DNA from: Bacteroidota bacterium
GTDB taxonomy: Bacteria; Bacteroidota; Bacteroidia; Chitinophagales; Chitinophagaceae
Direction: 5' to 3'
Length of the DNA: 64,000 bases
Assembly: GCA_041173245.1 (NCBI GenBank)
Contig: JBEDIY010000060.1
Location: forward strand, 15,640 to 79,639
Shown: piece by piece, positions 8,818 through 18,697 of the stretch
How the letters are laid out: every line of letters starts with the position of its first letter
How positions within the stretch are numbered: position 1 is the stretch's first letter
Translations under genes and position numbers: made by a program
Notes under the pieces: model-generated
The model's database searches: none
What the model was told of the DNA's origin: nothing
The model's input: only the letters and a program-made list of their open reading frames with translations

Positions 8818-10191
8818 TTAATTTTTTACCTCAAAGCCAAAATCGTAAGCAGAAGTAGGTTTTAGATATACCGCTGCTTTTGCATCTGTGATGGTGATTT
8901 TAATAGAAGTGGTTGTAATTGAATCAAAAGTGGCAATCTTTTTACGGCCAATAGTAGTACCATCAAATATTTTGAAATAATTATTGGTCTTTCCAAAAGC
9001 ACTTTCTTCTTTAGCTTCTATCGTAAAAGTTTTAACACGTTGACCATGTTCAATTAACTCCTGTAAAACAACCGCATTAAGCTTTGTAGCTTTCTTAAAG
9101 GTATACGTTAAAGTTACAAGTCCATTCGCCGTTGTTTTTGTTGCTGGTGTCATACCTACTAACAAGTTTTTCTTAAATGCTTTTTCTCGAAGCGCAGCAA
9201 AACCCACAAGTGATGCAGAGTCTGCTTCATGAAAAAGTCCACGTCTATCAGGAGGAACATTTAATAATAAGTTGCCACCATTACCCACAGATTTTAAAAA
9301 TAAATTAAATAGGGTATTGGGAGATTTTACTTTGTTGTCTTCTTTGGCATGGTAAAACCATCCTGGTCTAATAGATACATCGGCCTCTGCAGGGATCCAT
9401 AATTTACCATTTACATTACCTTGGTTAAGCGTGTCTTCTGGTGGACCACCATGACCTCTATAAAAACCAGCCGTATCTAATAAGTTCCAATTGGTATTGC
9501 CAATGATGCCACGCTCATTTCCACACCATCTGATGCTTGGCCCAATGTCACTAAATATCATGAGATGCGGCTGATAGGCAAATGCCGAATCTTCAAAACG
9601 TCTAAATGTGTATTCTTGTTTCTTGCCATTTGGGCCTTCACCGTTTGCACCATCCCACCATAATTCAAAAAATTTACCATAGCCAGTTAATAATTCTTTC
9701 ATGGTAGCAATGTAAATATCATTGTATTTAGGCGTACCATAATCGGGGTGGTTTCTATCCCATGGAGAAATATAAACACCCATTTCTAGACCCCCTTTTT
9801 TACATGCATCAGATAACATGCGAACTACATCACCTTTGCCTTCTAACCACTTGCTTTCTCTTACCGTGTGTGTGCTATATTTAGTAGGCCACAAGCTGAA
9901 GCCATCATGGTGTTTAGCTGTTAATATTATACCCTTTGCTCCAGCTAGTTTTGCAACGCGCACCCATTGGTTACAATCAAGCTGGGTAGGTGCAAAAACA
10001 GTTGGATCTTCTTTACCATCACCCCATTCTTTATCGGTAAAAGTGTTAGGGCCAAAATGTATAAACAAATAAAATTCTTTTTCGTGCCAAGCCAAATGCT
10101 CTTTGGTAGGCACTGGTAACACGGGTTTGATTTTTTGCGCAAATCCAATGGTGTTTAGTAACACAAGAAATGCAAGCATTGTTTTTTTCAT
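8818..10191 (-). CDS. alpha-L-fucosidase (GH29) with C-terminal beta-sandwich domain
   Basis: 457 aa. Signal peptide MKKTMLAFLVLLNTIGFAQ. GH29-like FIHFGPNTF, AKHHDGFSLWPT and WWDGANGEG segments. Confidence 0.8.
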   Translation of the reverse strand: MKKTMLAFLVLLNTIGFAQKIKPVLPVPTKEHLAWHEKEFYLFIHFGPNTFTDKEWGDGKEDPTVFAPTQLDCNQWVRVAKLAGAKGIILTAKHHDGFSLWPTKYSTHTVRESKWLEGKGDVVRMLSDACKKGGLEMGVYISPWDRNHPDYGTPKYNDIYIATMKELLTGYGKFFELWWDGANGEGPNGKKQEYTFRRFEDSAFAYQPHLMIFSDIGPSIRWCGNERGIIGNTNWNLLDTAGFYRGHGGPPEDTLNQGNVNGKLWIPAEADVSIRPGWFYHAKEDNKVKSPNTLFNLFLKSVGNGGNLLLNVPPDRRGLFHEADSASLVGFAALREKAFKKNLLVGMTPATKTTANGLVTLTYTFKKATKLNAVVLQELIEHGQRVKTFTIEAKEESAFGKTNNYFKIFDGTTIGRKKIATFDSITTTSIKITITDAKAAVYLKPTSAYDFGFEVKN

Positions 10192-10199
10192 AGTGGCTA

Positions 10200-10919
10200 T
10201 TATTGAAGTTGTCTTTTATAGAGTTGAATGGTGTTATGTAATCCTAAATATAAGGAATCACACACAAGTGCGTGTCCAATACTTACTTCATTTAAATGCG
10301 GTACGGCATTTTTAAAATAAGCTAGGTTTTGAAGGTCTAAATCATGACCTGCATTAATTCCTAAGCCAAGTTTATATGCCAGACTTGCGGCTTCTGTATA
10401 AGGTACAATCGCTGCTTCTTTGTGTCCTTTTGCAAAAGAAGTTGCATATGACTCGGTATAAAGTTCGATGCGGTCGGTACCGGTAGTGGCAGCAGCTTCT
10501 ACCATAGCTGAAATAGGGTCTACAAAAATTGAAACCCGAATGCCTGCATTTTTAAATTGCGCAATGGTTTTTATTAAATAGTCTTGATTTTTAATGGTAT
10601 CCCAACCATGATCACTGGTGAGCTGACCCTGCACATCTGGCACGAGTGTTACTTGGTGTGGTTTCGTATCTAGTACTAGCTTAACAAATTTTTCTTCGGT
10701 AGGATTGCCTTCTATATTGAACTCAGTAGTAAGTACCTTTTTTAAATCATGTACATCTTTGTACGTGATATGACGTTCGTCTGGTCTAGGGTGAACCGTG
10801 ATACCATCGGCGCCAAATTTTTCGCAATCAAGGGCAACTTTTATAACATCAGGGTTGTTGCCGCCTCTTGCATTCCGTAAAGTGGCAATTTTGTTGATGT
10901 TTACACTTAAATGGGTCAT
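10200..10919 (-). CDS. pdxJ: pyridoxine 5'-phosphate synthase
   Basis: 239 aa. [36 protein letters not shown] motifs. Confidence 0.95.
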   Translation of the reverse strand: MTHLSVNINKIATLRNARGGNNPDVIKVALDCEKFGADGITVHPRPDERHITYKDVHDLKKVLTTEFNIEGNPTEEKFVKLVLDTKPHQVTLVPDVQGQLTSDHGWDTIKNQDYLIKTIAQFKNAGIRVSIFVDPISAMVEAAATTGTDRIELYTESYATSFAKGHKEAAIVPYTEAASLAYKLGLGINAGHDLDLQNLAYFKNAVPHLNEVSIGHALVCDSLYLGLHNTIQLYKRQLQ

Positions 10920-11008
10920 GTTGTAAAAATACTAAAATCTTGACTCCTTATGCATTAAATTGCAGGCAATTATCCCGAACTATATCGATTCAAAATTGTT
11001 AATTTAGC

Positions 11009-12859
11009 ATGTCTTATCCATCTTTAGAAGCCTGTTTATTTGATTTAGAAAAAGCGGGTCATTTAATACGCATTAAAGAAGAGGTTGACCCCAATTTAGA
11101 AATGGCAGCCATTCACCTTCGTGTCTATGAAATGGGAGGGCCTGCTATTTTGTACGAAAACGTTAAAGGATCAAAATTTAGGGCGGTTTCAAACATTTTT
11201 GGAACACTTGAAAGAAGCAAATACATTTTTAGGCATAGTTTAGATGCCGTTAAAAAGCTCATTAAACTAAGAAATAATCCGGTTGATGCCATCAAGCATC
11301 CAATCGATAATTTTACAGCTGGCCTCGCTGCCATCAAAGCTTTGCCTTTAAAAAATCCAATCAATCAGCCAGTTACTTATCAAGAAATTAATATTTCAGA
11401 TTTGCCTCTTATTAAGCATTGGCCAAAAGACGGCGGTGCATTTGTAACACTTCCACAAGTATATACCGAAGATATTGACAAGCCAGGTATTTTTAATGCC
11501 AACCTTGGTATGTACCGAATACAGCTTACAGGTAATGACTATGCATTAAATAAAGAAATAGGACTCCATTATCAATTACATCGTGGTATTGGTGTACATC
11601 AAACCAAGGCCAATAAAAAAGGACAACCATTAAAAGTGAGTTGCTTTATTGGAGGCCCGCCATCACATAGCGTTGCAGCTGTAATGCCGCTACCAGAGGG
11701 TATTAGCGAAATGACTTTTGCAGGATTATTAGGATCCCGTAGGTTTAGATACGCCTACAAAGATGGCTTTTGCTTAAGTACAGATGCGGATTTTGTAATT
11801 ACTGGAGAAGTGTATCCAGAAGAAAACAAACCTGAAGGCCCTTTTGGAGATCATTTGGGTTATTATAGTTTACAACATTCATTTCCACTCATGCGTGTTC
11901 ATAAAGTGTACGCAAAAAAAGATGCTATCTGGGCTTTCACAGTTGTTGGTCGTCCGCCACAAGAAGACACCAGTTTTGGACAACTCATCCATGAAATTAC
12001 AGGTGATGCGATACCTCAAGAAATACCTGGTTTAAAATCGGTACATGCGGTTGATGCTGCTGGCGTGCACCCTTTATTATTAGCCGTGGGTAGTGAGCGT
12101 TACACGCCTTATACACCCACCAAGCAACCTGCCGAACTATTAACCATTGCGAATCATATTTTAGGAACTGGTCAATTAAGTTTGGCTAAGTTTTTATTTA
12201 TTACAGGTTCTGATACTAATAATATTGATGCACAGGATACGCTTTCATTTATGACTTATTTACTAGAGCGTATTAACCTTTCCAGAGATGTTCATTTTTA
12301 TACGAACACTACCATGGATACCCTTGATTATTCTGGAACGGGTATTAATAGTGGGAGCAAAGTAGTTTTTGCAGCTTATGGCGATAAAATAAGAACACTT
12401 ACAGACACAATTCCTGATGTTTTAAATACGCTAGAAGGCTTTGGTAGTATAGGTTTGGCGATGCCCGGCGTAATTTGTATTACAGCTCCTACTTATACAA
12501 ATGCGCAAGATGCAGAATCGCAAGTGAACCAATTAAATGCGCAATTATCACATGCAAATGAAGCATTAGCAGGCACTGCTATTATTGTGCTTTGCGATGA
12601 TGCTGGTTTTACTGCACAAACACTGAATAATTATTTATGGGTTACGTACACAAGAAGTAATCCTTCCCATGATATGTATGGTATTGGATCTTTTACGCAA
12701 AATAAACATTGGGGATGTACAGGACCACTTGTAATTGATGCTAGAATTAAGCCACATCATGCACCTGTTTTAATAAAAGATGAAGCCGTACAAAAACGCG
12801 TTGACCAGTTATTTGAAAAGGGTGGAAGTCTTTATTCGCTAAGTTCTACCCAGGTATGA
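11009..12859 (+). CDS. UbiD-family (prenyl-FMN dependent) decarboxylase, menaquinone-biosynthesis type
   Basis: 616 aa. UbiD-like core (GMYR.Q, HYQLHRGIG, FGDHLGYY) with a long C-terminal extension, as in Bacteroidota futalosine-pathway-associated homologs. Confidence 0.8.
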   Translation: MSYPSLEACLFDLEKAGHLIRIKEEVDPNLEMAAIHLRVYEMGGPAILYENVKGSKFRAVSNIFGTLERSKYIFRHSLDAVKKLIKLRNNPVDAIKHPIDNFTAGLAAIKALPLKNPINQPVTYQEINISDLPLIKHWPKDGGAFVTLPQVYTEDIDKPGIFNANLGMYRIQLTGNDYALNKEIGLHYQLHRGIGVHQTKANKKGQPLKVSCFIGGPPSHSVAAVMPLPEGISEMTFAGLLGSRRFRYAYKDGFCLSTDADFVITGEVYPEENKPEGPFGDHLGYYSLQHSFPLMRVHKVYAKKDAIWAFTVVGRPPQEDTSFGQLIHEITGDAIPQEIPGLKSVHAVDAAGVHPLLLAVGSERYTPYTPTKQPAELLTIANHILGTGQLSLAKFLFITGSDTNNIDAQDTLSFMTYLLERINLSRDVHFYTNTTMDTLDYSGTGINSGSKVVFAAYGDKIRTLTDTIPDVLNTLEGFGSIGLAMPGVICITAPTYTNAQDAESQVNQLNAQLSHANEALAGTAIIVLCDDAGFTAQTLNNYLWVTYTRSNPSHDMYGIGSFTQNKHWGCTGPLVIDARIKPHHAPVLIKDEAVQKRVDQLFEKGGSLYSLSSTQV

Positions 12860-13626
12860 TCGGCGAGTAAACGAACACTTGAAATAAATTGTTTAAAAGG
12901 CCCGTGACCGCCCCATTCTCCTGGTGATACTAAAGAGAGCATATGGTTGCCATCATTTTTCTCATACAAATGATAGGTATGTCCTATTTGAGGTTTGAAT
13001 CCAAGCTTTGCTTCGTAAATCATTAAACTTAATTCTTTGCGTTTTCTAATTTCTTGAGCTTGCTTTGCTAGTAACTCAATTTGTTGCTTGATTTGATCAA
13101 GCTGCATATTGGTTTGCTCTTCCATGGCCCACAAAGCCTTGTGTTTGATAACACCTTCTTTGGTGGGTCTGATAGCAACGCCTGCAGCCGATGCAGCATA
13201 AGGCATTACACTTAATTGCTTGTGGTAAATTTCTATGTTTGCGAATGCCTCACCATCTGCTTTTGTCCCTTTTTGAGTAATCTTTAAATAGCCGTTGGCT
13301 AGTATTTCATGCGTTACATCTAGGACCGTAATTTCTTCTTTAATAAAACGGGTAACAAGGGTAGAAGCGTTTGGTATTTCTGCAAACAAAGTGTCAGCTA
13401 ATATTTGGTTATCAAATGCACGTAATGTGGCATCTGGTACTACTTCGTGTTGGGTATAAAATGCCTCATTTTCGATACTTACCCAGTTGCTACTAATTAA
13501 CAGGGTATGCCCATTATTGATACTCTCAATTTTATAATTTCCGCTCTTGGGAGCAAGTCCGTGTTCGAATATGCATTTTTCAGGAAAAAGTTGCCAGCTG
13601 GCTAGAAAATTATAAGCTTGAACCAT
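12832..13626 (-). CDS. hypothetical two-domain protein (C-terminal part resembles DUF2452)
   Basis: 264 aa, uninterrupted ORF. C-terminal coiled coil QLDQIKQQIELLAKQAQEIRKRKELS followed by GHTYHLYEKNDGNHMLSLVSPGEWGG. The family call is from memory only. Confidence 0.45.
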   Translation of the reverse strand: MVQAYNFLASWQLFPEKCIFEHGLAPKSGNYKIESINNGHTLLISSNWVSIENEAFYTQHEVVPDATLRAFDNQILADTLFAEIPNASTLVTRFIKEEITVLDVTHEILANGYLKITQKGTKADGEAFANIEIYHKQLSVMPYAASAAGVAIRPTKEGVIKHKALWAMEEQTNMQLDQIKQQIELLAKQAQEIRKRKELSLMIYEAKLGFKPQIGHTYHLYEKNDGNHMLSLVSPGEWGGHGPFKQFISSVRLLADHTWVELSE

Positions 13627-13690
13627 AGAATGATGTTAATATTTGTATAACAATATGGCTTGGTAAAGGTTGTAAATAATGTAAAATATA

Positions 13691-15553
13691 TTAGTTCAGT
13701 TGTACAAAATCAGGCCTGCGCATAAGCTGGCTATTATACCTAAATCGTAACCCAGTTGTAAGGCTTACATTTAATGGGGTCATGTTAGATATGGTACGCG
13801 GATAATAGTACGCTTTAAGCTCAATGGTTCCAAAAACTAAATTTTCATTTCTGGTTCTGCAGCCTAACCCAAGTGCTGTGTAAATGCTACCTTTTTCAAT
13901 AGCCTCTCCAATCAATTTTATATAGCTACTGTTCACAAACATAAATGGCGCAAAGCTAAACCCATAGTACTTAACCATGTTGTAATACACCGACTCAATA
14001 TTACATGACAATCTTGTAGCAGCTTGAATATTGTCATTTTTAAAAGTTGGAATTCCATATTCGCTTCTTAAATAAATAGGCTCATTTAATATGGTATTCA
14101 CTTGTTGTGTTACACTAATTTGAACAAAATTTCTTTTGGACCATTTTGGATTTGATAACTTTTTAAGTGTTGTAAAATAATTGACGGCACTTAAAAAACT
14201 GATATCCTCTAAAGATCCATTGTGCAAGTAGCCGCCCAATTTTAGTATAAAATTGGTATAATTCTTTTGTTCTGAAAAATAGTCTCTCTCGTAATCAATA
14301 CCTAAATAGGGTCTTGTTTTAGTATTCCGTTGTGTTAAGCCACTTACCACCGAAAAGCTATATCCTTCAGGCACATCCTCATTTCGACCAAAACCATAAA
14401 TGTAACTCGTGTGGTAATATTCTTGTTTAAATATGTTAAAGGCAATCAGTCCAGCGTCAATATTACTATAGTGAATATTATATTTAATATTTGCTGTATC
14501 AGGAATTTCACTAAATCTTTTTGACATAGCTCGAAAACTTATAAACTTTCGAAGTCTTGTTTGTAAATTATCTTTTACCCTAAGTCCAGCTCCAATATTA
14601 ATACCCATCCACCCATCCATCATACCATAGGCGTACTTGTACATATGTTGGTAGGGGACCCTAGTGTTATACGTATTACTAGACGCGTATGTTCCAAATT
14701 CAAATCCACCGGTAAAAATATGATAGGGGCTAACAAGGGGTAAATCACCTTTTATGTAACGTGCATATTCTTCTCTTCGGCCACTATTAAATGCTGGCTT
14801 AATTTTATCGATGCCAAAAGTGAGGTTAAAAAAACTGCCCATAAAATTACGTTTGATGTATTCAAAACCAGTTGCGGCTAAGGGTCGTCTATCTAAATCG
14901 TAAAGTGCATTAATTTGAATTTTATCACCAAGCCCAAAAATATTATTGTGGTTGATTTCTGCATTAAAAGATTGAATGCTTCCAATATTGCCACTTCCAC
15001 CAAATGGGAATATATCTTTCCACTGGATATTCATGATAACACCATTTGAATCGGTAGGGTCGATGGAGGCAACAATCCTTGCATCCTGAATAAATGCGAG
15101 TTCTCTTAAAAACTTTTCATTATCAGCAATCAGATAAGGATACAATGTATCACCTGTATTGAAAAATAAATTTTTGAGCATTGTTTTATTTGTCGTGCTA
15201 TTATAAAGCGCTTCTTCTAGGGCTCTTATAATTTTTTTGCCAGATGGCATGGTATCATTAAAAGATATTTCATACGAAACACTATTCACCTGAATTTGAT
15301 TGATTATTTTTCCTTTATACTTTGTAAAGGGCGATTCGTTTTTTATAACACCCGAATTATTTTGCATCTCAAATAGTGGAGCATCAATCCAAATAGCATC
15401 ACCCAGTTTTTTAAATATTCCTTTTTTACTACGCAATAAAATTGTGGAATCTCGTAAGCTATGGGGGGTGCTATCATCTTGCGCATAAACTTGATCACTT
15501 ATTATGATAAGTGATACTAGAAATACGAGTATGTGACAACAGCAACGATTCAT
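13691..15553 (-). CDS. predicted outer-membrane beta-barrel protein with N-terminal POTRA-like module (Omp85-like)
   Basis: About 620 aa from ATG 15553 (MNRCCCHILVFLVSLIIISDQVYAQ signal peptide). Alternating aromatic/hydrophobic beta-strand pattern throughout. The ORF-track start at 15583 would run into the ahcY terminator hairpin. Confidence 0.55.
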   Translation of the reverse strand: MNRCCCHILVFLVSLIIISDQVYAQDDSTPHSLRDSTILLRSKKGIFKKLGDAIWIDAPLFEMQNNSGVIKNESPFTKYKGKIINQIQVNSVSYEISFNDTMPSGKKIIRALEEALYNSTTNKTMLKNLFFNTGDTLYPYLIADNEKFLRELAFIQDARIVASIDPTDSNGVIMNIQWKDIFPFGGSGNIGSIQSFNAEINHNNIFGLGDKIQINALYDLDRRPLAATGFEYIKRNFMGSFFNLTFGIDKIKPAFNSGRREEYARYIKGDLPLVSPYHIFTGGFEFGTYASSNTYNTRVPYQHMYKYAYGMMDGWMGINIGAGLRVKDNLQTRLRKFISFRAMSKRFSEIPDTANIKYNIHYSNIDAGLIAFNIFKQEYYHTSYIYGFGRNEDVPEGYSFSVVSGLTQRNTKTRPYLGIDYERDYFSEQKNYTNFILKLGGYLHNGSLEDISFLSAVNYFTTLKKLSNPKWSKRNFVQISVTQQVNTILNEPIYLRSEYGIPTFKNDNIQAATRLSCNIESVYYNMVKYYGFSFAPFMFVNSSYIKLIGEAIEKGSIYTALGLGCRTRNENLVFGTIELKAYYYPRTISNMTPLNVSLTTGLRFRYNSQLMRRPDFVQLN

Positions 15554-15565
15554 GTAAAATAGGGG

Positions 15566-15606
15566 CAAAAAACAAATGCCCAACCATAAAGGTCGGGCAT
15601 TTTTTA
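15566..15606 (-). terminator. hairpin / rho-independent terminator after ahcY
   Basis: Stem ATGCCCAACC / GGTCGGGCAT (one mismatch) with a 5-nt loop. On the minus strand it is followed by TTTGTTTTTT. It lies 16 nt after the ahcY stop and 13 nt before the next start codon. Confidence 0.55.
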
Positions 15607-15621
15607 AATCCGGGGGAACTA

Positions 15622-16944
15622 TTAATATCTGTAAGAATCAGACTTAAATGGACCATGTTGTGGTATACCTAAATAAGCTGCTTGTTCAGTAGTTAGTTCG
15701 TCTAGTTGAGCACCCACTTTAGCAAGGTGTAAACGTGCAACCTTCTCATCTAAATGTTTAGGTAAAACATACACTTTGTTTTCATAGTTCTTATGGTTTG
15801 TCCATAATTCTATTTGAGCAAGTGTTTGGTTAGAGAAAGAGTTACTCATTACAAATGAAGGGTGACCTGTTGCACAACCTAAATTTACAAGTCTACCTTC
15901 TGCTAATACAATAACATCTTTACCATCAATATTGTAAAGATCTACTTGAGGCTTAATGGTATCTTTTGTATGACCATAGTTTGTATTTAACCAAGCCATA
16001 TCAATTTCAATATCAAAGTGACCAATATTACAAACAATGGCCTTGTCTTTCATTACTCTAAAATGCTTTTCGTTGATCAAGTCGCGACAACCAGAAGCGG
16101 TAACAACAATATCAGCTTCTTTAACTGCATCAATCATACGCTTCACTTCGTAACCATCCATAGCAGCTTGTAAAGCACATATAGGATCAATTTCTGTTAC
16201 AATTACACGGCAACCAGCACCACGTAAAGAAGCTGCAGAACCTTTACCTACGTCACCGTAAGAACCAACTACAGCAACCTTTCCAGCCATCATAACATCA
16301 GTAGCTCTTCTAATCGCATCTACTAAAGACTCTTGACAACCGTACTTATTATCAAATTTAGATTTTGTAACAGAGTCGTTTACATTGATAGCTGGCATTG
16401 GTAAAGTACCTTTAGCCATACGCTCGTATAAACGGTGAACACCTGTCGTTGTTTCTTCAGATAAACCTTTAATACCATCAACAAACTGAGGGTATTTATC
16501 GAGTACCATATTGGTTAAATCACCACCATCATCTAAAATCATATTTAATGGACGGTCTTCAGAACCAAAAAATAATGTTTGTTCGATACACCAGTCACCT
16601 TCTTCAACGGTTTGACCTTTCCAAGCAAATACACCAACACCTGTTGCAGCGATAGCAGCAGCGGCTTGATCTTGTGTTGAAAAGATATTACAAGAACTCC
16701 ACTTTACTTCTGCACCTAATGCAGTTAAAGTTTCAATGAGTACAGCTGTTTGAATCGTCATGTGTAAGCAACCCGCAATACGAGCTCCCTTTAATGGTTG
16801 ACTTGGTCCGTACTCTTCACGGATACTCATTAAACCTGGCATTTCTGCTTCAGCTAATCTGATTTCTTTACGGCCCCAATCTGCAAGACTGATATCCGCT
16901 ACTTTGTGTTTTAAACTAAAGTCGATAGACGAAAGTGATGACAT
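15622..16944 (-). CDS. ahcY: adenosylhomocysteinase
   Basis: 440 aa. [18 protein letters not shown]-binding GYGDVGKG-like [18 protein letters not shown]-terminal SDSYRY. Confidence 0.95.
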   Translation of the reverse strand: MSSLSSIDFSLKHKVADISLADWGRKEIRLAEAEMPGLMSIREEYGPSQPLKGARIAGCLHMTIQTAVLIETLTALGAEVKWSSCNIFSTQDQAAAAIAATGVGVFAWKGQTVEEGDWCIEQTLFFGSEDRPLNMILDDGGDLTNMVLDKYPQFVDGIKGLSEETTTGVHRLYERMAKGTLPMPAINVNDSVTKSKFDNKYGCQESLVDAIRRATDVMMAGKVAVVGSYGDVGKGSAASLRGAGCRVIVTEIDPICALQAAMDGYEVKRMIDAVKEADIVVTASGCRDLINEKHFRVMKDKAIVCNIGHFDIEIDMAWLNTNYGHTKDTIKPQVDLYNIDGKDVIVLAEGRLVNLGCATGHPSFVMSNSFSNQTLAQIELWTNHKNYENKVYVLPKHLDEKVARLHLAKVGAQLDELTTEQAAYLGIPQHGPFKSDSYRY

Positions 16945-16973
16945 AATTACTTATTTAGATTATTTATGAAGTG

Positions 16974-16981
16974 CAAAGGTA
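16974..16981 (-). promoter_or_regulatory. -7 promoter box TACCTTTG upstream of ahcY
   Basis: Exact TAnnTTTG on the minus strand, 30 nt upstream of the ahcY ATG (16944). Confidence 0.45.
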
Positions 16982-17068
16982 TATTTATAGTATTTAATTC
17001 TAAAAATATATTTATAAATAGAATAAAGTATTATATTTGACTTATAATATAGAACAAACACACATTTT

Positions 17069-17569
17069 ATGCCTCAAAAAACTAGTCAAAAAGAAGATTC
17101 CACTATTGCAAACGGTTTAGATAGCAAAGATCTCGCTATTTTAAAGCTATTGCAAGCCAACGCAAGAGCCACCGTTAAGGAAATTGCTGATAAAGTAGGG
17201 CTTAGTACCACGCCAGTTCATGAACGCATTAAAAGGTTAGAAGAAGAAGGTGTTATTACCCAGTATGCAACGCTGGTTGACCCCAATAAAGTTAAAAAGG
17301 GCTTAACCGTTATTTGTTACGTTTCTCTTAAACAACACAATAAAAATGCAGGCGCCCGTTTTATTAAAAGTATTTTAGAAATGCACGAAGTAATCGAGTG
17401 CTATAATATTTCTGGTGAATTTGATTTTATGCTAAAAGTAGTAGCAGAAAACATGGATGACTATTATAATTTTCACGTTAATAAATTGAGTGAAGCAGAT
17501 AATATTGGTCATGTGCAAAGTGTATTTGTTATGGGCATTATCAAGCAAACCCACGTGCTGGTGTACTAA
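17069..17569 (+). CDS. Lrp/AsnC family transcriptional regulator
   Basis: 166 aa. N-terminal wHTH (LDSKDLAILKLLQANARATVKEIADKVGLSTTPVHERIKRLEEEGVI) and C-terminal RAM/AsnC_trans_reg domain. Confidence 0.9.
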   Translation: MPQKTSQKEDSTIANGLDSKDLAILKLLQANARATVKEIADKVGLSTTPVHERIKRLEEEGVITQYATLVDPNKVKKGLTVICYVSLKQHNKNAGARFIKSILEMHEVIECYNISGEFDFMLKVVAENMDDYYNFHVNKLSEADNIGHVQSVFVMGIIKQTHVLVY

Positions 17570-18069
17570 TAACTCAGTTTTAATTCCATAATATAGTCAT
17601 CCATAATATACCCGCCGCCAATTTCTAAAATTGAGGCTTCTCTGACAGAAAAGCCAAGCTTACTATAAAAATGCTGGGCATTGTTTTGTTTGTTGACTTG
17701 TAAATACAAACAGTTAGCTACTAGCGATTTTGCGAAGTCAATTGTTTTGAAAAGTAACGCTTTACCGGCTCCTGTTTTTTGTTCCGTTGGCAAAACATAT
17801 AATTTATTAAGCTTACAAGTATTGTCTTCCTCTTTTGATACAGAAGCAAACCCAATAGCTGTGTTATTGTGTTCTGCAATATAAAATTGATGTCCTTTAT
17901 TGATTTGCTCAAGTAAAGAGGTATCACTATACATCATGTCTAACATATAATCTAACTGAGCTTTACTAATGTATGTGCCATAAGCAACAGGCCAAGTAAT
18001 GCTTGCTATTTCTTTAATAGTAGCAATATCATCTTTGCTAGCCTCTCTAATATTTAATACGGTAGACAT
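17566..18069 (-). CDS. GNAT family N-acetyltransferase
   Basis: 167 aa. Acetyl-CoA binding segment LYVLPTEQKTGAGKALL and YSKLGF motif. Confidence 0.85.
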   Translation of the reverse strand: MSTVLNIREASKDDIATIKEIASITWPVAYGTYISKAQLDYMLDMMYSDTSLLEQINKGHQFYIAEHNNTAIGFASVSKEEDNTCKLNKLYVLPTEQKTGAGKALLFKTIDFAKSLVANCLYLQVNKQNNAQHFYSKLGFSVREASILEIGGGYIMDDYIMELKLSY

Positions 18070-18680
18070 TATTTAATCTGTAACATTTTTGATTTTTTGC
18101 GCTTTGTTAATTGCTTAGAAGCCAAGTGGCAAATGATGGCAGAGCTAGTGCCAACAAGCGCACCCATGATAACATCAGAAGGGTAGTGCTGACCTAAATA
18201 AATACGGGAATAACCAACACCGGCGCTCCATACAAAAGCAGGCACTGCAACGTGCCATTTTTTTGTAGCTAATGCAAGCGATGTAGCAGTTGCAAAAGCA
18301 CTACTCGTATGCCCCGATGGAAATGCGAAATCTGATTTTATTTTATCTGGAAAAATACCAGTGTAGGTATGATAAGGTCTTTCTCTTTTTACCACATTTT
18401 TTAATAGGGTAGTAGAAGCGGTATTTAAAATAATTGCTGCAGCTATATAAGCAGCTTTTTGCTTTAACGCTTTGTTGTCATGTATCATTCCAGCCACAAA
18501 ATAACCTACAGGTACACCCACACTTATGTATTTCGAAGTATTAGAGAGGTTGTTCCAAACGGCACTATTTGGGTTACTAGGATTGATACGTCTTAACGTA
18601 TTAAGTTCAGACATAGACTGCGCCTGCAAAGCGTTTAGTGTAAAAAATAATAATGTTACCAGCAATAATAATTTACGCAT
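18069..18680 (-). CDS. PAP2 superfamily phosphatase
   Basis: 203 aa. Signal/TM N-terminus. Tripartite acid phosphatase motif KRERP ... PSGH ... SRIYLGQHYPSDV. Confidence 0.9.
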   Translation of the reverse strand: MRKLLLLVTLLFFTLNALQAQSMSELNTLRRINPSNPNSAVWNNLSNTSKYISVGVPVGYFVAGMIHDNKALKQKAAYIAAAIILNTASTTLLKNVVKRERPYHTYTGIFPDKIKSDFAFPSGHTSSAFATATSLALATKKWHVAVPAFVWSAGVGYSRIYLGQHYPSDVIMGALVGTSSAIICHLASKQLTKRKKSKMLQIK

Positions 18681-18697
18681 TACAACAATTTGGATGA

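Noticed and set aside
10951-10964. TGCATTAAATTGCA near-palindrome in the pdxJ / UbiD-family divergent spacer, considered as a possible operator.
   Set aside because: The arms are only 4 nt (TGCA is self-complementary), which is expected by chance in AT-rich DNA. It is not repeated elsewhere in the window.
16945-16973. Possible SAH riboswitch in the ahcY leader.
   Set aside because: The exact -7 box at 16974-16981 leaves a leader of only about 25 nt. That is too short for the SAH riboswitch fold, and no matching conserved stems were seen.
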